Source: Amoebophrya sp. A120
Lineage: Eukaryota > Protista > Dinoflagellata
Length of the DNA: 64,000 nt
Assembly (NCBI GenBank): GCA_905178155.1
Contig: CAJINV010000002.1
Coordinates: forward strand, 11,138,634 to 11,202,633
Direction of reading: 5' to 3'
Part shown: one piece after another, positions 27,413-41,265 of the stretch
How the letters are laid out: each line of letters opens with the position of its first letter
Numbering within the stretch: the first letter of the stretch is position 1
The notes under the pieces: generated by a model
Databases searched by the model: none
What the model was told of the DNA's origin: nothing
Seen by the model: only the letters and a program-made list of their open reading frames with translations
Translations under genes and position numbers: made by a program

Positions 27413-30400
27413 GTGGACAGCACCAACGCAGCGTCCAATGTCATCTCGACCGGCGAATCCGAAGTCAGGCAAGAACGTGCGTCCTCGGCAACTGCAAAAC
27501 GCGTTGCATCGCGGTCGTCCACTTCCGTCGCTTCGAGCCTGCTACAGGAGGAGGCCAGTCCCCTGCTACAAACTTTGACGGTCGCTGGATTGTTCAGCGA
27601 AGCACTCGGCTGCCGCGCAGATTTGGACGCTGACGATTGCAATCGCCGGACTCGAGCGCAGCTCCCGTCCGTCTGTCGTGCTTTTTCCCGGATGGACAAA
27701 AAGGTGTGCGACCAGCTCCTTCCAACAAAGGATGCGTTCTTTGGTGCGGAAGCAGGAGGTCGTCTACTTGAAGAGTTGGTGCATAAACATCGTTTCGAAA
27801 GTAATACGGATCATCTTGATCAAGTCCAACTTGTACGTGCTACTCTGTGCCGCATGCTGCCGAGTATTCCTTGCAGTTGCTGGAAATCGCTGTTGCGTCG
27901 CGAAAGAGGTGTTGCGTTTTCCTCGCGGTCGCCTTTCCGACAGCAGTTCGTGGAAGATCAGCTGACACGAGAGCAGGGTGAAGCTCTAGACGCACGAGAT
28001 CGAGATCGAGATGAAAGCTCTCACGGCCACGAGGCAGGAGCGTCCACGTCGATGCTGAGTGTTGGTACTGACTTGTTGGCACCACAGGCAGGAGCACAGC
28101 ACTCAGCTGCAAACCGGGGCAACACAATAAACGGCACCGCTTCATCTGGTTTGGGGTTCTTGCAAGAAGGGGAAAGCGGAACGGCCAAAGGAGCAGGAGG
28201 AAGCGGAAACGTTGTGGCGTCCTCTTCTAGTAGTCGCAGCGGTAGGAGCGCAGCACCGGCTCTAACGACTTTCCGTCGCTACTGTCGGTATCACGATCGA
28301 AGTGGGCGCTTCGCAGACACGTCCTGTGGCTTCTTCGTCGACCTGTTCATTGCGACCGAGAGCGAGGAAGAAAAATCATTTCGCCGAAATATTAAAAACA
28401 AAAACGAAACGATGACACCCCAATCTGTCGCAGTGCTACTGGCACACCTGAACGCGCATAGACGAAACCTGTTGCGACAGCACGAGGAGACTGGGTGCTG
28501 TGTCGGGAAAGACACCAACCACCAGCGCTATCGTGTGGCCCGACAGGTACTGGACGATTCCTGTCCACCAGGTAGGACTGCGGACGATGGAGCAGCAGAA
28601 AGTGGCCGCGGTTTTCCCGCTAGTGCCCGTAGTACCAGCAACGCAGCTGGTGTCCCACGCAGTCCGCACAACATCAACAGAGAACGACCGAGCAGGAATA
28701 CTGAAGACCGGAGCACAGAGCTAGATGTAGAAGGCGATCGCTTCTCTTCGCTTACCCTCTGCGGCACGAGGGAGGAAGCACGACAGAGGTTCTTTACAGA
28801 TATCGAAAAGAAAAATCCCCCCTCCCCATATCAAAACGGAATTTCTGATGCTGGATTTGTGTACACAAATCAGCTTTGTATTGCAGGAAGGCACTGCGGC
28901 CAGATCCCCATGCTAGGTAGGGGCGTTTGGGTCTAGTTGTTCAGCATTGCAAACGGCTCCCCTTCAGGCCCGACAGCATGACAAATCGCCACCATGCTAG
29001 GATGGAAGCTTCTGCCCTTGTCTTCTGGCAAGGCACATGTCTGTGATTTGTGACCTGAAATCAGCAACGCAAATTTTCGGAAGCATACCTTTTCCATATG
29101 GGGAGGGGGAGTTTTTCCTTTCGATAACAGATTCCTGTTGTTCGAAGTTGTTGAAGAAAGAACTCCTCGCGCTTGAACATGTTCCTGTTTCTGGAAATCT
29201 TCGAAACGTACCTCTTACGCCTTCACCTTCTCGGCTGCAACCACATCGCCGGGCTTTGCGGAGGTCGGGAGAGTCAAATGCAAATTATGGTGGTCCTCCA
29301 CCTTGCAAGAGAAAGAGGAAAGGGACAAAAAGACAAACAGTAGGGGCCGTAGATGCACATGCACTTGAGTGGGATGCTGCAGAAGCGCTCGGGCATCAAA
29401 AGCAGCATCGGAGCGACGTGAATCCTGGTGGCCCATGCAGCTCTCCCTTCCATGCAGTTAGTGTGCGCCGCGCCAACAAAGATAAAGAACATGATGAACA
29501 TGAGAAATCCAAAAACTCCTCGTACGACTTCCGGCCGTTGCAGAAGTCGCACGACATGCCAGAGAAATCATCATCCCTGCGACGTATTTTCAGTCGAAGG
29601 CCGGTGTGGGTGGCAGGAGCAAGCAGTGGCTCGAGTGATCCACCAACTGCCGTCCATATTCTAGACGGCAGTGTCAGTGCCGCCCATGACTCTAGACGAC
29701 GTGCTGCAGGTAGTTCTCTGGATTCTGGGCAGGGAGATGAAAACTTCATCTACGCGGCGGGTGCAAAAAGTACTGCAAGCGAAAAAGAGGTTCTTCGCGC
29801 GTGGTGTGTCGAATTTCTGTCCGAGTCTGCAATTTTGAAAATGGCGCCGTGTGGGCGTTCTTCTGTGGATGAAGATGAATGGATTCCCATTTTGGAAAAA
29901 ACGCTTTCTGATGGGAGCCTGGAGCGTTTGTGGCCTACCGACGCGGAAGATGTCACGTCGCCATTTTTACGTGTCGACGTGCGGGACGTCCTCGACGAGG
30001 GAGGAGAGTTTCAGGACGAGGATGGGACTTTCGCAACCGAAACCATCGAAGCAGAAGTGGAAGATGCTGTTGCTGGTGGCCCGTCCTCGCGAGCGATTAG
30101 TGATGTTGATGGCGTCCACGGGTCAGGAAGTCATTTTTTATTTGCCCTGCGAGACTCGACCTCGAGCAATCCCCTGCTTTCGTGGATTCTGGCTTTCCGT
30201 GAAATGTCAACAGAGCACTTCGTGAGACTGATGGTGCGAATCGGCGGCCTTCTCACACAGGCCTGCTGCAGAGCGCTTGACGGTGGAAGCGGTTCGAGTA
30301 GTGTAGCTATGCTTTCTCTAGAAGTACATGGCCGAGGCGATGCAGGAGGTGGAGGAGGAGTACAGCGCTCCGACGCAGTAGATGACCAGGCCGACGATAC

Positions 30401-32690
30401 TAGGCCGCATTCGCATTTCGCCCGATCCCGCGACAGAGTCGATGGAAGCGAGCATTTGCCTGCAGATGCTGGGCGCGCAGACGAAGGGATGAGCACCGAG
30501 GTGGACGAGGAAAGGGCCGATGTGGAGCTGCTCGCGGAGGTCCTTCGCAAGTTGGAACTCGGCAGCTTTATCGCGGCTCCGTGTTCGTCGCCGTTTCTCG
30601 CGCAGGAGGCCTGTCTGCTGGTGAATCGCGAGCGCGACCGGAGCGGCGCGCAGACCCCGATGGAAACTTTCGTCGCAGGCCCCATCTTTGCCCTCGACGA
30701 GCCAACTTGTTCGGTCGGCAGGAGAGGGATGCCAACATCAGCGAACGAATCCTCGTGCAAAACAACTACAAGAAGAGCAGGTAGCGGAGATAATCGAAGG
30801 CGACAAGTCCTCGCCAACATTGACCTCAACGAGAGCGACGCTTTTTTTCACTTCGATGGGAGGCGAGACGAGGACTCTACAAGCGAAAGCGCAACGACAA
30901 CGTCAGAGGATGTTTTCTCTTCCGACTCGGAATCAAGTGCCGGCGGTCTCAGTTCAGAATCCGGTGAATTCAGAAGTTCACCAGAAGAAAATGGAGCAAG
31001 AAGGAACGCGCTCACTTCCCCACAGCCGAAGCGATTGCTTCACCTAAATCGCCAGAAGCCTTGGTCGAAGGCGTTCCAGCGTCAACGAGCGGAGCAGCGC
31101 CACCAAGCTCGCTTGCGTCTAGAGACCGAGTTGAGAGTACCTCCTGCCCGGCCCCACGGCCTTGCCCGTGAGGTGGAAGCAGAATCTGAATCCGCAGACA
31201 TCGAACGAGGTCGCGGCTCTGCAAGAACACGACGTCGTCTTCGACCATCATCCTCTGTCGCGGAGCTGGACTCGTTTTTTGGCACAGTGCGGTGGCTCGA
31301 CACGCCACCCGCTTGCGGTTCGGAGACCATACACGTACTTTTGAAACAACTGAACAAGAAGAGTAGACGTAAACGGCGCACTCGGACGAACAGGAACAAA
31401 AATTATAAGGCCGCCGGCGCCTTTGGCAGCGAAAGCGAAACAGGCGAGGGAAGCGGAAGCCGCGAAACCGCATCTGCAGATTGTCCTCGTCCACACTGCA
31501 CTGCATTTGCATGCAACGCACTCGGCGGAGAAGGACAGGTCCAAGAACAACCTGAATCGGAATCCTACGAGAAACAACTGAAAAGCCTGCGCTCGCGGTT
31601 TGCGGACGCGACAACGCGCCGCACGCGCACGCGCGGGAGTTACAACACGGTTGCGATTCTACAGCAATGCTTTCCCTTCGAGTTGCGCCGAGGGAACAGG
31701 TACTGGAAAGAAGGTCAGCTGGAGATGTATAATGCCGAGCGATCAAATTGTCCTGTCGCCAACTCGAATTCCACCCCGCAACTGGACGTGGACGGACATG
31801 ATAGCGCTTGCGCTGCCAAAGTGCTACAAAAATCTATGATCGAAAACGAAAACAAAAAGAAGGAGCAACAGGAAGAAACCGATCGCAACGGATTGCGGAG
31901 AGAAAACCTGGATGAGCTCGCTCACGACTTTGACACTGTTTTGGCAAAGGCGTTGAACCACCAGCCCAGCAGCTATGTGCGATGCATGCTGCCGGGATGC
32001 TCGGCCTGCTTTTCCAGCTACGAAAAAGTGCGAAAACACATGGAGACCTGCTGCACCGACCGCCACTGCAATCCCGAGGAAATCTACCGTCTCCGCGTGG
32101 CCGACACTACCGTGAAAATGCAGGATGGTCATATAACTCCTCCTGGTTCTACTGCCAGTGTGCATCGCGGGACGGGTGGCGCTGCTGCACCTCAGGATCA
32201 AACTCAAATTCGCCCCCGGGAGAATTCCGAGACGAGGACCTCGGCGTCATTATCTTGTGCAGCTGTTACATCACCTACTCAATCTCATCCCATCTTAAAA
32301 CGCGGCAGACAGAGCAGGGAAAAGCATCAAAGTGTGCGGCGTTGGCCGCCTGTTTGTACACAGGCCTGCAGCAAGATTGCAAATGTGCTTCGGCGGCAGC
32401 ATCTTCTGGAACCTTCGTTGACCTCCGGCGCAGAAGATGTAGGCGAAGAACAGGGAGATAATTACGCTTGTCCGGTTCCCGGGTGTCTGGCGGCGTTTCC
32501 CACTCGCGACGCGACACTTTCACACTCAAAAGATTGTATCTTTTTGGCAGGACGAGGTGGAGGCCCTCCCGGATTGCCAGCAAAAGGTGTTCCTCTGCTG
32601 TTGCGCTTTGTCTTTCGGGATGACGAGGAAATCACTGAAGCTCGGAGGTCTCTGATGCTTCGTAGTTGCACCTCGGATCGGAAGATGTAA
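27413..32690 (+). CDS. Large low-complexity protein with two C2HC/C2H2-like zinc fingers; two ORFs joined by a non-canonical intron; 5' end unresolved
   Basis: Removing 331 nt (28801-29131) joins ORF 27413 to ORF 29037 as ...RFFTD-SCCSKLL...; fingers CMLPGCSACFSSYEKVRKHMETC and CPVPGCLAAFPTRDATLSHSKDC. Confidence 0.7.
28801..29126. mobile_element. Introner-like TIR element (non-canonical intron), TSD ACAGA
   Basis: ACAGA|TATCGAAAAG...CTTTCGATA|ACAGA; TIRs match at 28/31; frame restored on removal. Confidence 0.9.
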
Positions 32691-34229
32691 GGACGACTAC
32701 TTCTACTTGATTTTGATATCCCTGGCTTTTGTTCTTCCGTTTTTTTTCTTTATTTTAGATCTTGATATCGGAGCTTTTCATCGTTTTCCTTCATAAACAA
32801 AATCAAAAAGCAGGCGACGGCCAAGATGGTAGTTGATTGCATCTCCTGTTGAATCGTGTCACCTTTTCCTTTCGCCAAGTGCCGCATGGCGCATGCACAC
32901 CGAAAGCACCAAACACGCAAGTAGAGGTGTTATTCAGGTATACTATAATGTACGATCCCGCTTTTTTGATATACTCATCACATCTACTAGAGCTGTCTCG
33001 TAGTGCTCGCCGGTTTGTTGTTGGGGCTTTATTGAGTTTTGAAGCACATAAAGATATGCGTATGCGTTGAGTTGTCTCACCACTGAGTGTCTGACTAAAG
33101 ACAAAGATCAATATCAAGGAGCCAAGCATTGGATCCTTTGTTTCTCTGTTTGCCACAGGAACCTTGTTTCAGCCGCATTTTTGGTTCGTTATCGGCCAGG
33201 TCTTTGAAGACGATTTATAGAAGATAATACAACGAGAGTAAAGACGAGAAAGCAAAACCAAAAGAAACTCAAAAGTTGAAAAAAAAGTTGAATATGGGAA
33301 ATTGGAATTGCGTACACGGGGCTGCGGCTTGTGCAGCAGTTTTAGCTTCCAAACCGTTTGTCTTTCGGTTGACATGTCGAAGATTGTGAAAATGATCGCT
33401 AGTAATTAGTGTTCCACCAGCTGCAGGTGGATGATGTGCCGCTGGCTCCCTTCCTGTTCGAAACGTGGCTAGACCAAGTACAACCATCAAAAGATTCATT
33501 GGCCGTTCAGCCTAGGGTATGTTGTTGGCGACAAATAACAGCTTCCGAGAGAACGATTCGAGGTCAGGAGCATTCCACCTTCTTCTATCAGGGGGGGCGG
33601 ACAAGGTCATCGTTAGCCGCCTCTACTAGCATATAGTACGCGTGGTCAAGTTTTAGCTCATGAATAGCTCCGGCTGCACTCCTAAAGTTCTGGAACGCCA
33701 CCCTCGCAGCCAAGCCAAGCCAAGGCTTCTTATTTCCTGATTCTCCTGCTTTCGTCTTGTCATCATCTATTACTATTTCCCCTTCGTTTTGCCGTCTAGT
33801 TTGTTCGTTGTGCTTGTGTGTTAGCACCAAATGGCGTCAAAAAGTTGTATGGCCAGATGAAGAAGAAATGACTGTCTTTGAATTTCTTGCTGTTATGCCC
33901 CATATTATTGACAATCCCTCTCACAACAATCAAAGGACAACATGAAGATGTGTATATACAGTATTGTATACTAAGTAGCCTGGAGTATTGTCACTGGAGT
34001 AGTCCTGGTCCTGCAGATGGGGGAGGGAGATTGCTTGCCGCAACTGTGAAAATACCGTGGAGCAAGAACGAATCTTCTGCTTTGCCGTGCTAGGTCTCAC
34101 ACACACGCCACCGCTCGTCGAGAGCTAGGGCTAGGGGCGGTCTAAGTAGGTAGAAGACTCCGAATTTTTGGCAAGAAAGACCGAAAAGAGATTCGGACTT
34201 CTACGTGCATCGGCATCGGGACTCACGAT

Positions 34230-37200
34230 ATGGACCTCCTGGACGACCTCTATGGTCGCGCAGGTGCGACCGGTGGCGCCGCGGCTGCTGATCACGATGA
34301 CTACAACCCATATTTAGACCACAACGATAACCCCTATGCGGGGGGTGGAGCCGCAGCTGCCCTGCCACGATACGACGAGAACCCGCTTCCGGCCTCAAAT
34401 CCATACCAGCAGCAAGGAGACGCGCTCGACGCAAATTATGGCTCCACGGCGCTACCGGATTACATGACCGGTGACGGTCACGCTGGCGGACACCACCCGG
34501 GCCAGGATACAGCCCCTGGCCACCATCTGGCCAACGACAACGTGCTCGAAGCCATCCAGAGTCACCGCATCACCTCTTCTGCTTCCTCGCCCAGCGCCGC
34601 CGCCGCGGCGGCTCGGCCACCACCGGCAGCCAATTCCATAGAGGAAACGCCGATTCAGCCGCGGGCGCCGGCCGCAATCACGATTCCGTTCACATCGAAC
34701 ACGAACAGCGGTTATGGAGGTAGCTCCTCGTCAACGGCGAACCTAAACCCTAAACCCAACGCGGACTCGACGAAGTCGTCCAGCGGGCCGAGCAGCAGCA
34801 CCGCCACCAGCGGTAAAAACGTGGTGAAGCGACCGTTTTTAAAGAGAGGCGCACGAAACCCTGTGAGCACCGAGAAGGATTTTTTGTCAAAAGCCTCCAC
34901 CCAGCGCGAAGAAAAGACGCCCGGCAAGCAGCGTCCGCCCGCAGCGAACGTCACGCCCGTGCGCTCGGCGCCCAATGATGGCACGCGAGACAGCAGTCGT
35001 CGAAGCAACGCCGTCGCGTCGGATCGCGATTTATTTGAAACCGCTTCAACTTCGCGAGACGCCGACGCTGGTGGGGGAGGTCCTTCCACAACTGGAAGTG
35101 TCGGAACTAGGAACCGCTCGAGTGGTTCGAACGCAAATGCAACACTGTCGGGTAAGAAGTCAAATTGTTTGCATTGCATCGGTTCGTTGTTTGAGGACGT
35201 GGCACTAGTGATGAGATGTAAGTAGTGCCATGATCATGAAGAAGATGACTGCAATTTCAATGATGCAAACCGACAGCCCCACGAGAGACCGCAAAAACGC
35301 TAGCGAGCAAAAAGTTTTTTGCCGAGCGGTACGGAAACAACAAGAAGCCGCAGCCCGGGGGCCTGAAGCTGGATTCGGCGGAGCTAGGAGGCGAGTCGTC
35401 GTCGGCCAGCGAAGGGGGAAACCAATACTCCTCAATTCGAATCGTCGACCGTGAGGCCCATGCTTCCGAACTTCCGGATCCGGTTCAGCTCTTTTTTGGA
35501 CGACATCTTGTCCTTTGTATAGTACTTATACTTACAACGGATCATGGCATGACGTCACAGAATAGAAAGTGCGAATTCTCATAAATATGAGTGACAAGAA
35601 AATTAAGATTATGGACAAGTGCGAGCAATTACAATGTCGGCAGATAAAGCCACTGCGAGCAATTGATTGACAATCATCTAAAAGTAGCATAATACCCAAC
35701 AGGCTCAGAGTGACCTTCCTTCGGTGGAAGAGCAGGACGGCGAGTTCGATGCCGAGGAAGATCTTCGAGGCGATTTTGACGAAGATGACGAACCGCCCGT
35801 GTCCTCATTTGTGAAAAAGCACTTCTACAGCAAAAACAAACCCCCAGGGGCGCATCAAAAGCCGAGTGGCAAGGGCGCGGCGACATCTGCTTCTTCAACC
35901 TCGGGAGTATACTCGAATGCCGCGACCCTTTCTGGAGCTGCCCTGGGCGTTTCCGCGTCTTCTGTCTCACCGGGGGCAGACCACGGCTTCGAAGACCACG
36001 TAGTCAACTACGTGGTCGAGAAGAAGCAAGGCGGCGCTGCCGGTAGTGCGCTGGCGGCCGCCGCTGCGTTCGAGAATGAAGTCAACGCCTCCTCCGCCGC
36101 GGCCGACACGCAAACGCGGGAGGACTTAGCGCGTAAGCTGAAGATGCTGGACGCGCAGATCGATCGGTAACAAGAAATGACAAACCGTACATAATTATCG
36201 ATCTCGCTATGAACATCAATATGAAAGTTCCTTAAAGATGAGGCAGGAGATGATGGCTGCGACAAGCTGAGAGCTCTTATTGGGTGCATGATTTGGTAAA
36301 TTTCAGGTTCAAGCGCGAGAACGAGCAATGCAAGAAGCTGCGAATGGACCGGGAGCACGCGCTCAGGCAGGTTGAGCACGAGCGCAAGAAGCTTCGCGAA
36401 GAGGTCGAGCAAGAGTATGGCCTTCTCAGTTTTTCACATCACTCAAAAGCTACACTTTTCCGCTCGTGTAATTCATTGTCATGCATACGCAGTACCAGTA
36501 CGACCTCCAAGGGGAGCAAACTGTGAGCAAACCCAAAGCCGCGAATGACAGACGTACAGCAACAGCTGCCCAGGGGAACGCTTGCGCTTGCATCTATTAA
36601 TTTAGCAAGAGTTCGTCCAGGGAGACACAGCGCCACGATGCTCAACATTCGCTTTCACGCCTTGCTTCCTTTGCAGGATATACAAAAAAAGTTTGGCAGT
36701 ACTTGGGGCGTGTGACGGCTCGGAAGGTCATAAAGAGCGCGCTGCCATGGTGGCAGAAATTGATGAAGAACGAGAAAAGATGCGCAAGGAAAGGAATCGC
36801 ATCCATCAGGAAAGTACGCATCGCAAAAGTTGTGTCACAAGAAGAACAACACGAACACCAGCGAGCGCTGCATGTTGAGGACAAGAACTTTCCATAAGTT
36901 CTAGGGTACGCACTACACAACCAAGACCATGTTCTCTATCGGGAACGAAATCGACATATTGAATTCCGAACCATAAATGTTAATTGTAGGTGAGCATAGA
37001 GAACAAGTACAAGAATTCCAGGATCCCGCGTCTCGTGTGTACATCGTGAAATTAAAGTGAAATTCTTGCGCAACACTTTTTCACTGGATAAGGAGGGAGA
37101 AGCACCGACAGCAGGTCCAAAGCAGCAAAGCGGATGTGGCAACCAACGAGCAACTGACGAAACAATATGGAGAGTCAGTTATGAGGGTTCTTTCATCACA

Positions 37201-39260
37201 GAAGACACACCAAAGCGCTCAAAGGATTTGGAGTTCTTTAGACGAAAAAGGAAAAGAAAAAACGTGTACGCAAAGGAGCGACTGGCTTCATCTCTCTGTC
37301 TCTTTCAAGAAAACTCTGCAGCAGGCAGTGCGTATTTCTTCTGTTTTGAAAAAATCTTGCTTGCACCTCGCATATGCAACTCAAGGACCTGAAAGAGGAA
37401 ACATCGCAGAAAGAAGCAAGGTAGATGTGGTTACTCGGCAGCGACACCTCATGTGTGGCTGTTGCTTGTGATTCTCTTTTTCCGATGGAATCATGCTGCT
37501 GTATATGTATTGACAAGAGGATGATCATAGTGATTTTCAGGGAACCAGCATGACGCAGCGACAATTGGTAGTGTGCAACTTCTTTGATAAGTAAATTATT
37601 TGTCTTCTTGAAGTCAATCTTCCCTCTTAGGTTCCGCCGCACAATTGAGCGACTCCAGCGACAAAACGACGAACTTCTGAAGAAGAATTCCGAGCTTCAG
37701 GATGACTTGAGCTGGATGAATCGGCAAGCGGAAAAATACGCCGCCAACGCTGGTGGTGGAGGCAGCTCTCCTCCCGAGCGAACTGTACAGTTTGACTTGA
37801 TCATCGTAATTGAGATCTTTTCAAGATGAAAATAAACACAATTCGATTTTCGTGATACAGATATCCCAAAGCAAAGAAAGCAAAAAAGGCCTCGACAATC
37901 TATGTTCCAATCATTCAAAGGTCACGCCTGCGTCCGCTGGAGCGCCAGCAGCCGCGTCCGCGGCCACTGTAGCGCAAAACAGCCCAGCCTTGAGTTCTAC
38001 CGCTGGTCACATGCCTGTTTCGCTGGACCACCAGTCTCACCACGGAGGGACCCCGCAACTCGTGCCAAGCAGCGCGAACAGTACCCCAATGCATCACCAG
38101 CCGGCGCTCACTGCGTCGGCGCAGCACCAGCAGCACAGAACGCTGTCCGCCAACGCGCTGACCCGCCCGGCGCCGCTGCTGGGCTCCAGCGGTATTTTCC
38201 AGCCCGGGATGCGAACCAGCGGCACGAGCGGGCTGGTGCAGCACCAACCAAGCGCAGGACCCGCGAGTGGTGCGGTGGGCAGTCTCGGCCTCAGTGTTGG
38301 CTTAAACTCCTCCTCTACCGCCGCGCTTTTGAATCCCAGTGCCGGGGTCATGCAGATTGGTGGACCAGCATCTACAAAAGTGGGCGCGACCATGACAAGT
38401 TCCTCGGCGGCCACGTCGGGCTCTTTTCACATGCTGAACACCCGCGCAAATCATGCAGTAGCGACGGCTTCTTCAAACTTCGCTCCGCTTCCGTCAAACG
38501 GGACGACGCCTTCTGCATCGAAGACACTGAGCGCGGGCCTGAAGCCAACGGCGGCGGGAGCAAATGCCGGGGAGATGGGCATAAGTCAGGACCTAGCTAC
38601 AGAAATCCTGAAATCGCTACCGGTAATCGACGATAACGTGAAAGATCCCCACGAAATACCCACCGAAAAGATATCTCCAGACGGCCGCGTTGAGCGTATG
38701 TTCCGAGACGGGCGGCGGGAAATTCAGTATTGTTAGTTTCTGATGAAAATGAAATTTGAAATTATTTTTGGGATTCAGATAGGCATAGGAGAAGGAGGAC
38801 CACAAAATTTACATCTTCTGCTTTGGTTTACGCTGATGTCAGTTGTTTTTTTTTGTGAATCATGTTCATGTTCATGATCATGTCCCGCCTGCGCACGAGC
38901 ACGACACCGCTGTGAGGGCCATCCATTTGAAGAAATATACACAGGTTCACGAACGGGCTGAAGAAGGTTTTGTGGCCCGACGCGCGGTGCACTGTTCTAT
39001 TCACGAACGGGGACACGAAGCATTGTCTCGCAGACGGTACCGTGATTTACCGGTACTCCGAGACCGCCGCAACGCAAACCACCTTTTCCACCGGCATCGA
39101 AGTCTTTCAATTCGCCTCCGGGCAAATCGAGAGGCACTTTCCCACCGGGGAGAAAGAAATCAAGTTCGCAAACGGCACGACGAAAAAAATATACGCCGAC
39201 CTGCGCGAAGAAATCCGCTTCCCCGACGGAGTGGTGAAACACGTTGCGCCGAAGAAGTAG
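34230..39260 (+). CDS. CENPJ: SAS-4 / CENPJ (CPAP) centriole protein, about 10 exons
   Basis: N-terminal KRPFLKRG motif (34827-34850), central coiled coil (IDRFKRENE...KEARFRRTIERL) and C-terminal TCP10/G-box repeats (FTNGDTK...DGTVIYRY...QTTFSTGIEVFQFASGQIERHFPTGEKEIKFANGT). Exons approx 34230-35151, 35277-35482, 35703-36166, 36307-36415, 36738-36814, 37096-37165, 37380-37420, 37631-37784, 37921-38726, 38945-39260. Confidence 0.88.
36416..36732. mobile_element. Introner-like TIR element in SAS-4, TSD AAGAG
   Basis: AAGAG|TATGGCCTTC...GAAGGTCATA|AAGAG; removing 322 nt gives EQE-RAAMVAE; adjacent GT/AG pairs (321 or 323 nt) are out of frame. Confidence 0.85.
36815..37090. mobile_element. Introner-like TIR element in SAS-4, degenerate TSD GAAAG/AGGAG
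   Basis: Left end TACGCATCGCAAAAGTTGTGTCACAAGAA vs right end (reverse complement) TATCCAGTGAAAAAGTGTTGCGCAAGAA; removing 281 nt gives HQE-REKHRQQ. Confidence 0.72.
37166..37374. mobile_element. Introner-like TIR element in SAS-4, degenerate TSD AACAA/TGCAA
   Basis: TATGGAGAG...CTCGCATA with inverted TTTCA..ACAGAAGA block; removing 214 nt gives LTKQ-LKDLKEETSQKEAR. Confidence 0.75.
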
Positions 39261-40799
39261 TAGAATGGGAGCCTTTGCCTTTCTTCTCTGGCTGGTGCAG
39301 GCAAGTCCTCATTTTCTTCGACATCTGTTGCAGGTCAGCAGTTGTTTCCGGTGCCGCACAACCGCGACGGCGAATTGTGGTCTGCACAACTTCGACACTA
39401 TTCCGATTGCTCCTGCTACAGATGCTGATATAGCTACTCTGCGCAGTCGGAAGTATTTTGCTCACCCTTAGAAAATCAATACTCCACTCGAATCCCATCT
39501 GCGATTTACTTCAGGGTTTTTGTGCGGGTGAATTTGAATTTAATTTTGTGTGCATGTGCTATAATCTACATCTATTTTTGGCACAACGGAACGTGGACAT
39601 GATTCCGTCGCTCTTTTTTGTAAAAAGGGAAGTTCATGTACATGTTGCTGATCATGCAGACTAGATGTAGACGATGAAATTGATCATGAACTTTGGCGTT
39701 GCGCCTTGGTGCAGTCGCCCTCGCAGCCCAGTGTTTCAATACTCCCGCTCCCCGTGTTTCAACACAGTGGGTCAAAGTACCCCGGGATGAAAGGTCCATG
39801 CAAGGGAGGTTTTGGTATAAGCATGGAATTGGAAACCAGAATTTCATGATGTACCAGAAAACGTAAACGACTGATTTAAATATGCGTTCGAAAGCGATTT
39901 GTGGATTTATTTTTGCAATGTAAAGCTTGAAATAGCATTACAGCATGTGATGAAAAAGGACAGAAATTTATTATCTATGCTTCGATTACGATGCATTGTG
40001 CATCAGCATCTGCTTTGATACGCTGCGCTTCAGTGCCGCATTGTGGAAAAGCGCGGTATTACACGGTGACGCCATCCTTCTGTTTTCGGCATGTATCCAG
40101 ATGCAGGCGCTCCCTCCACTCCTACCGCTACCCATGCTAGTATTTCGTACTAACCACAAAGAAATGAACGTGACGTGGCTTCTGCAGGACCCTACTATCT
40201 ATGTCTATCACAGTATGGAGAGTGATCTTTCGAGCGCGAGAGCCGATACTGATAGATAGATACTTCAATAACGTGTGAGATGTTGTATGTGGTGCAGAGA
40301 AATCTAGTATGTGGTGAAGTACTTTTTGACCTTTTTCTTGAACCGGCCTGCCAGAATTAAAGATTTGCTTCGTAGTTTTCCATTTGCTCCTTCCTGTGAT
40401 GGTACTTTGTTTCCCGGGTAAAGCATGGCTTTACAAAGTAGTTGTGAGAGAATTACGAAGTGGGCTCCTTGTTCGTCGCAGCCAGAAGCAAGTCGAAGAC
40501 CACGGAAGTGGGCTCCAGGTCCTCCATCTCAATTATGAGGTGATTGTCATTCGTTGCAGCTACACGAACACGACCACTGGAACCGCCAATAAATAAATGT
40601 ATGCCCGGGCAGTAGCAGGCTAGCGAGCCTGTGAGTCTAGGCTGAGGCTGGACGGGCGATATTTTATACATGTCCGAGCCTCGCCCTTTTCCGGTAGCCA
40701 GGACAAGATGTTTGTGAGGGTGAACCTCTTCCCGGTCTGGGTTGAAGTTTATTTCCTTTCTCTCTTATCCTCAGGGAGTAACGCCCCTGCCGATGGTAG

Positions 40800-41265
40800 T
40801 AAGTCTGGTCCATCCGCCTCAGGAAAGTGTCTTTTATCCGCTTGTCGGAAAGTCTGGTCCATCCGCCTCAGGAAAGTTTTTTCATCCGCTTGTCGGAAAG
40901 TCTGGTCCATCCGCCTCAGGAAAGTGTTTTTATCCGCTTGTCGGAAAGTCTGGTCTCATCCGCTTGGCGGAAAGTTTGGCGATCCGATTGGCGGAAAGTT
41001 TGGTCTCATCCGCTTGTCGGAAAGTTTGGTCTCATCCGCTTTGCGGAGAGTTTGGTTATCCGCTTGTCGGAAAGTCTGGTCAAATCCGCTTTGCGGGAAG
41101 TTTGGTTTATCCGCTTGGCGGAAAGTTTGGTCGCATCCGCATGTCGGAAAGTCTGGTCTCATTCCGCTTGGCGGAAAGTTTGATCTCATCCGCTCGGCGG
41201 AAAGTTTAGCCCAATCCGCTTTGCGGACAGTTTTGGGCATCTCTGGTTTATCCGTTGTGCGGACA
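40800..41265. repeat. Tandem minisatellite, ~24-26-bp unit ATCCGCTTG(T/G)CGGAAAGT(C/T)TGGT with hairpin core
   Basis: Roughly 19 adjacent imperfect copies of TCCGC...CGGAAAGT. Confidence 0.9.
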
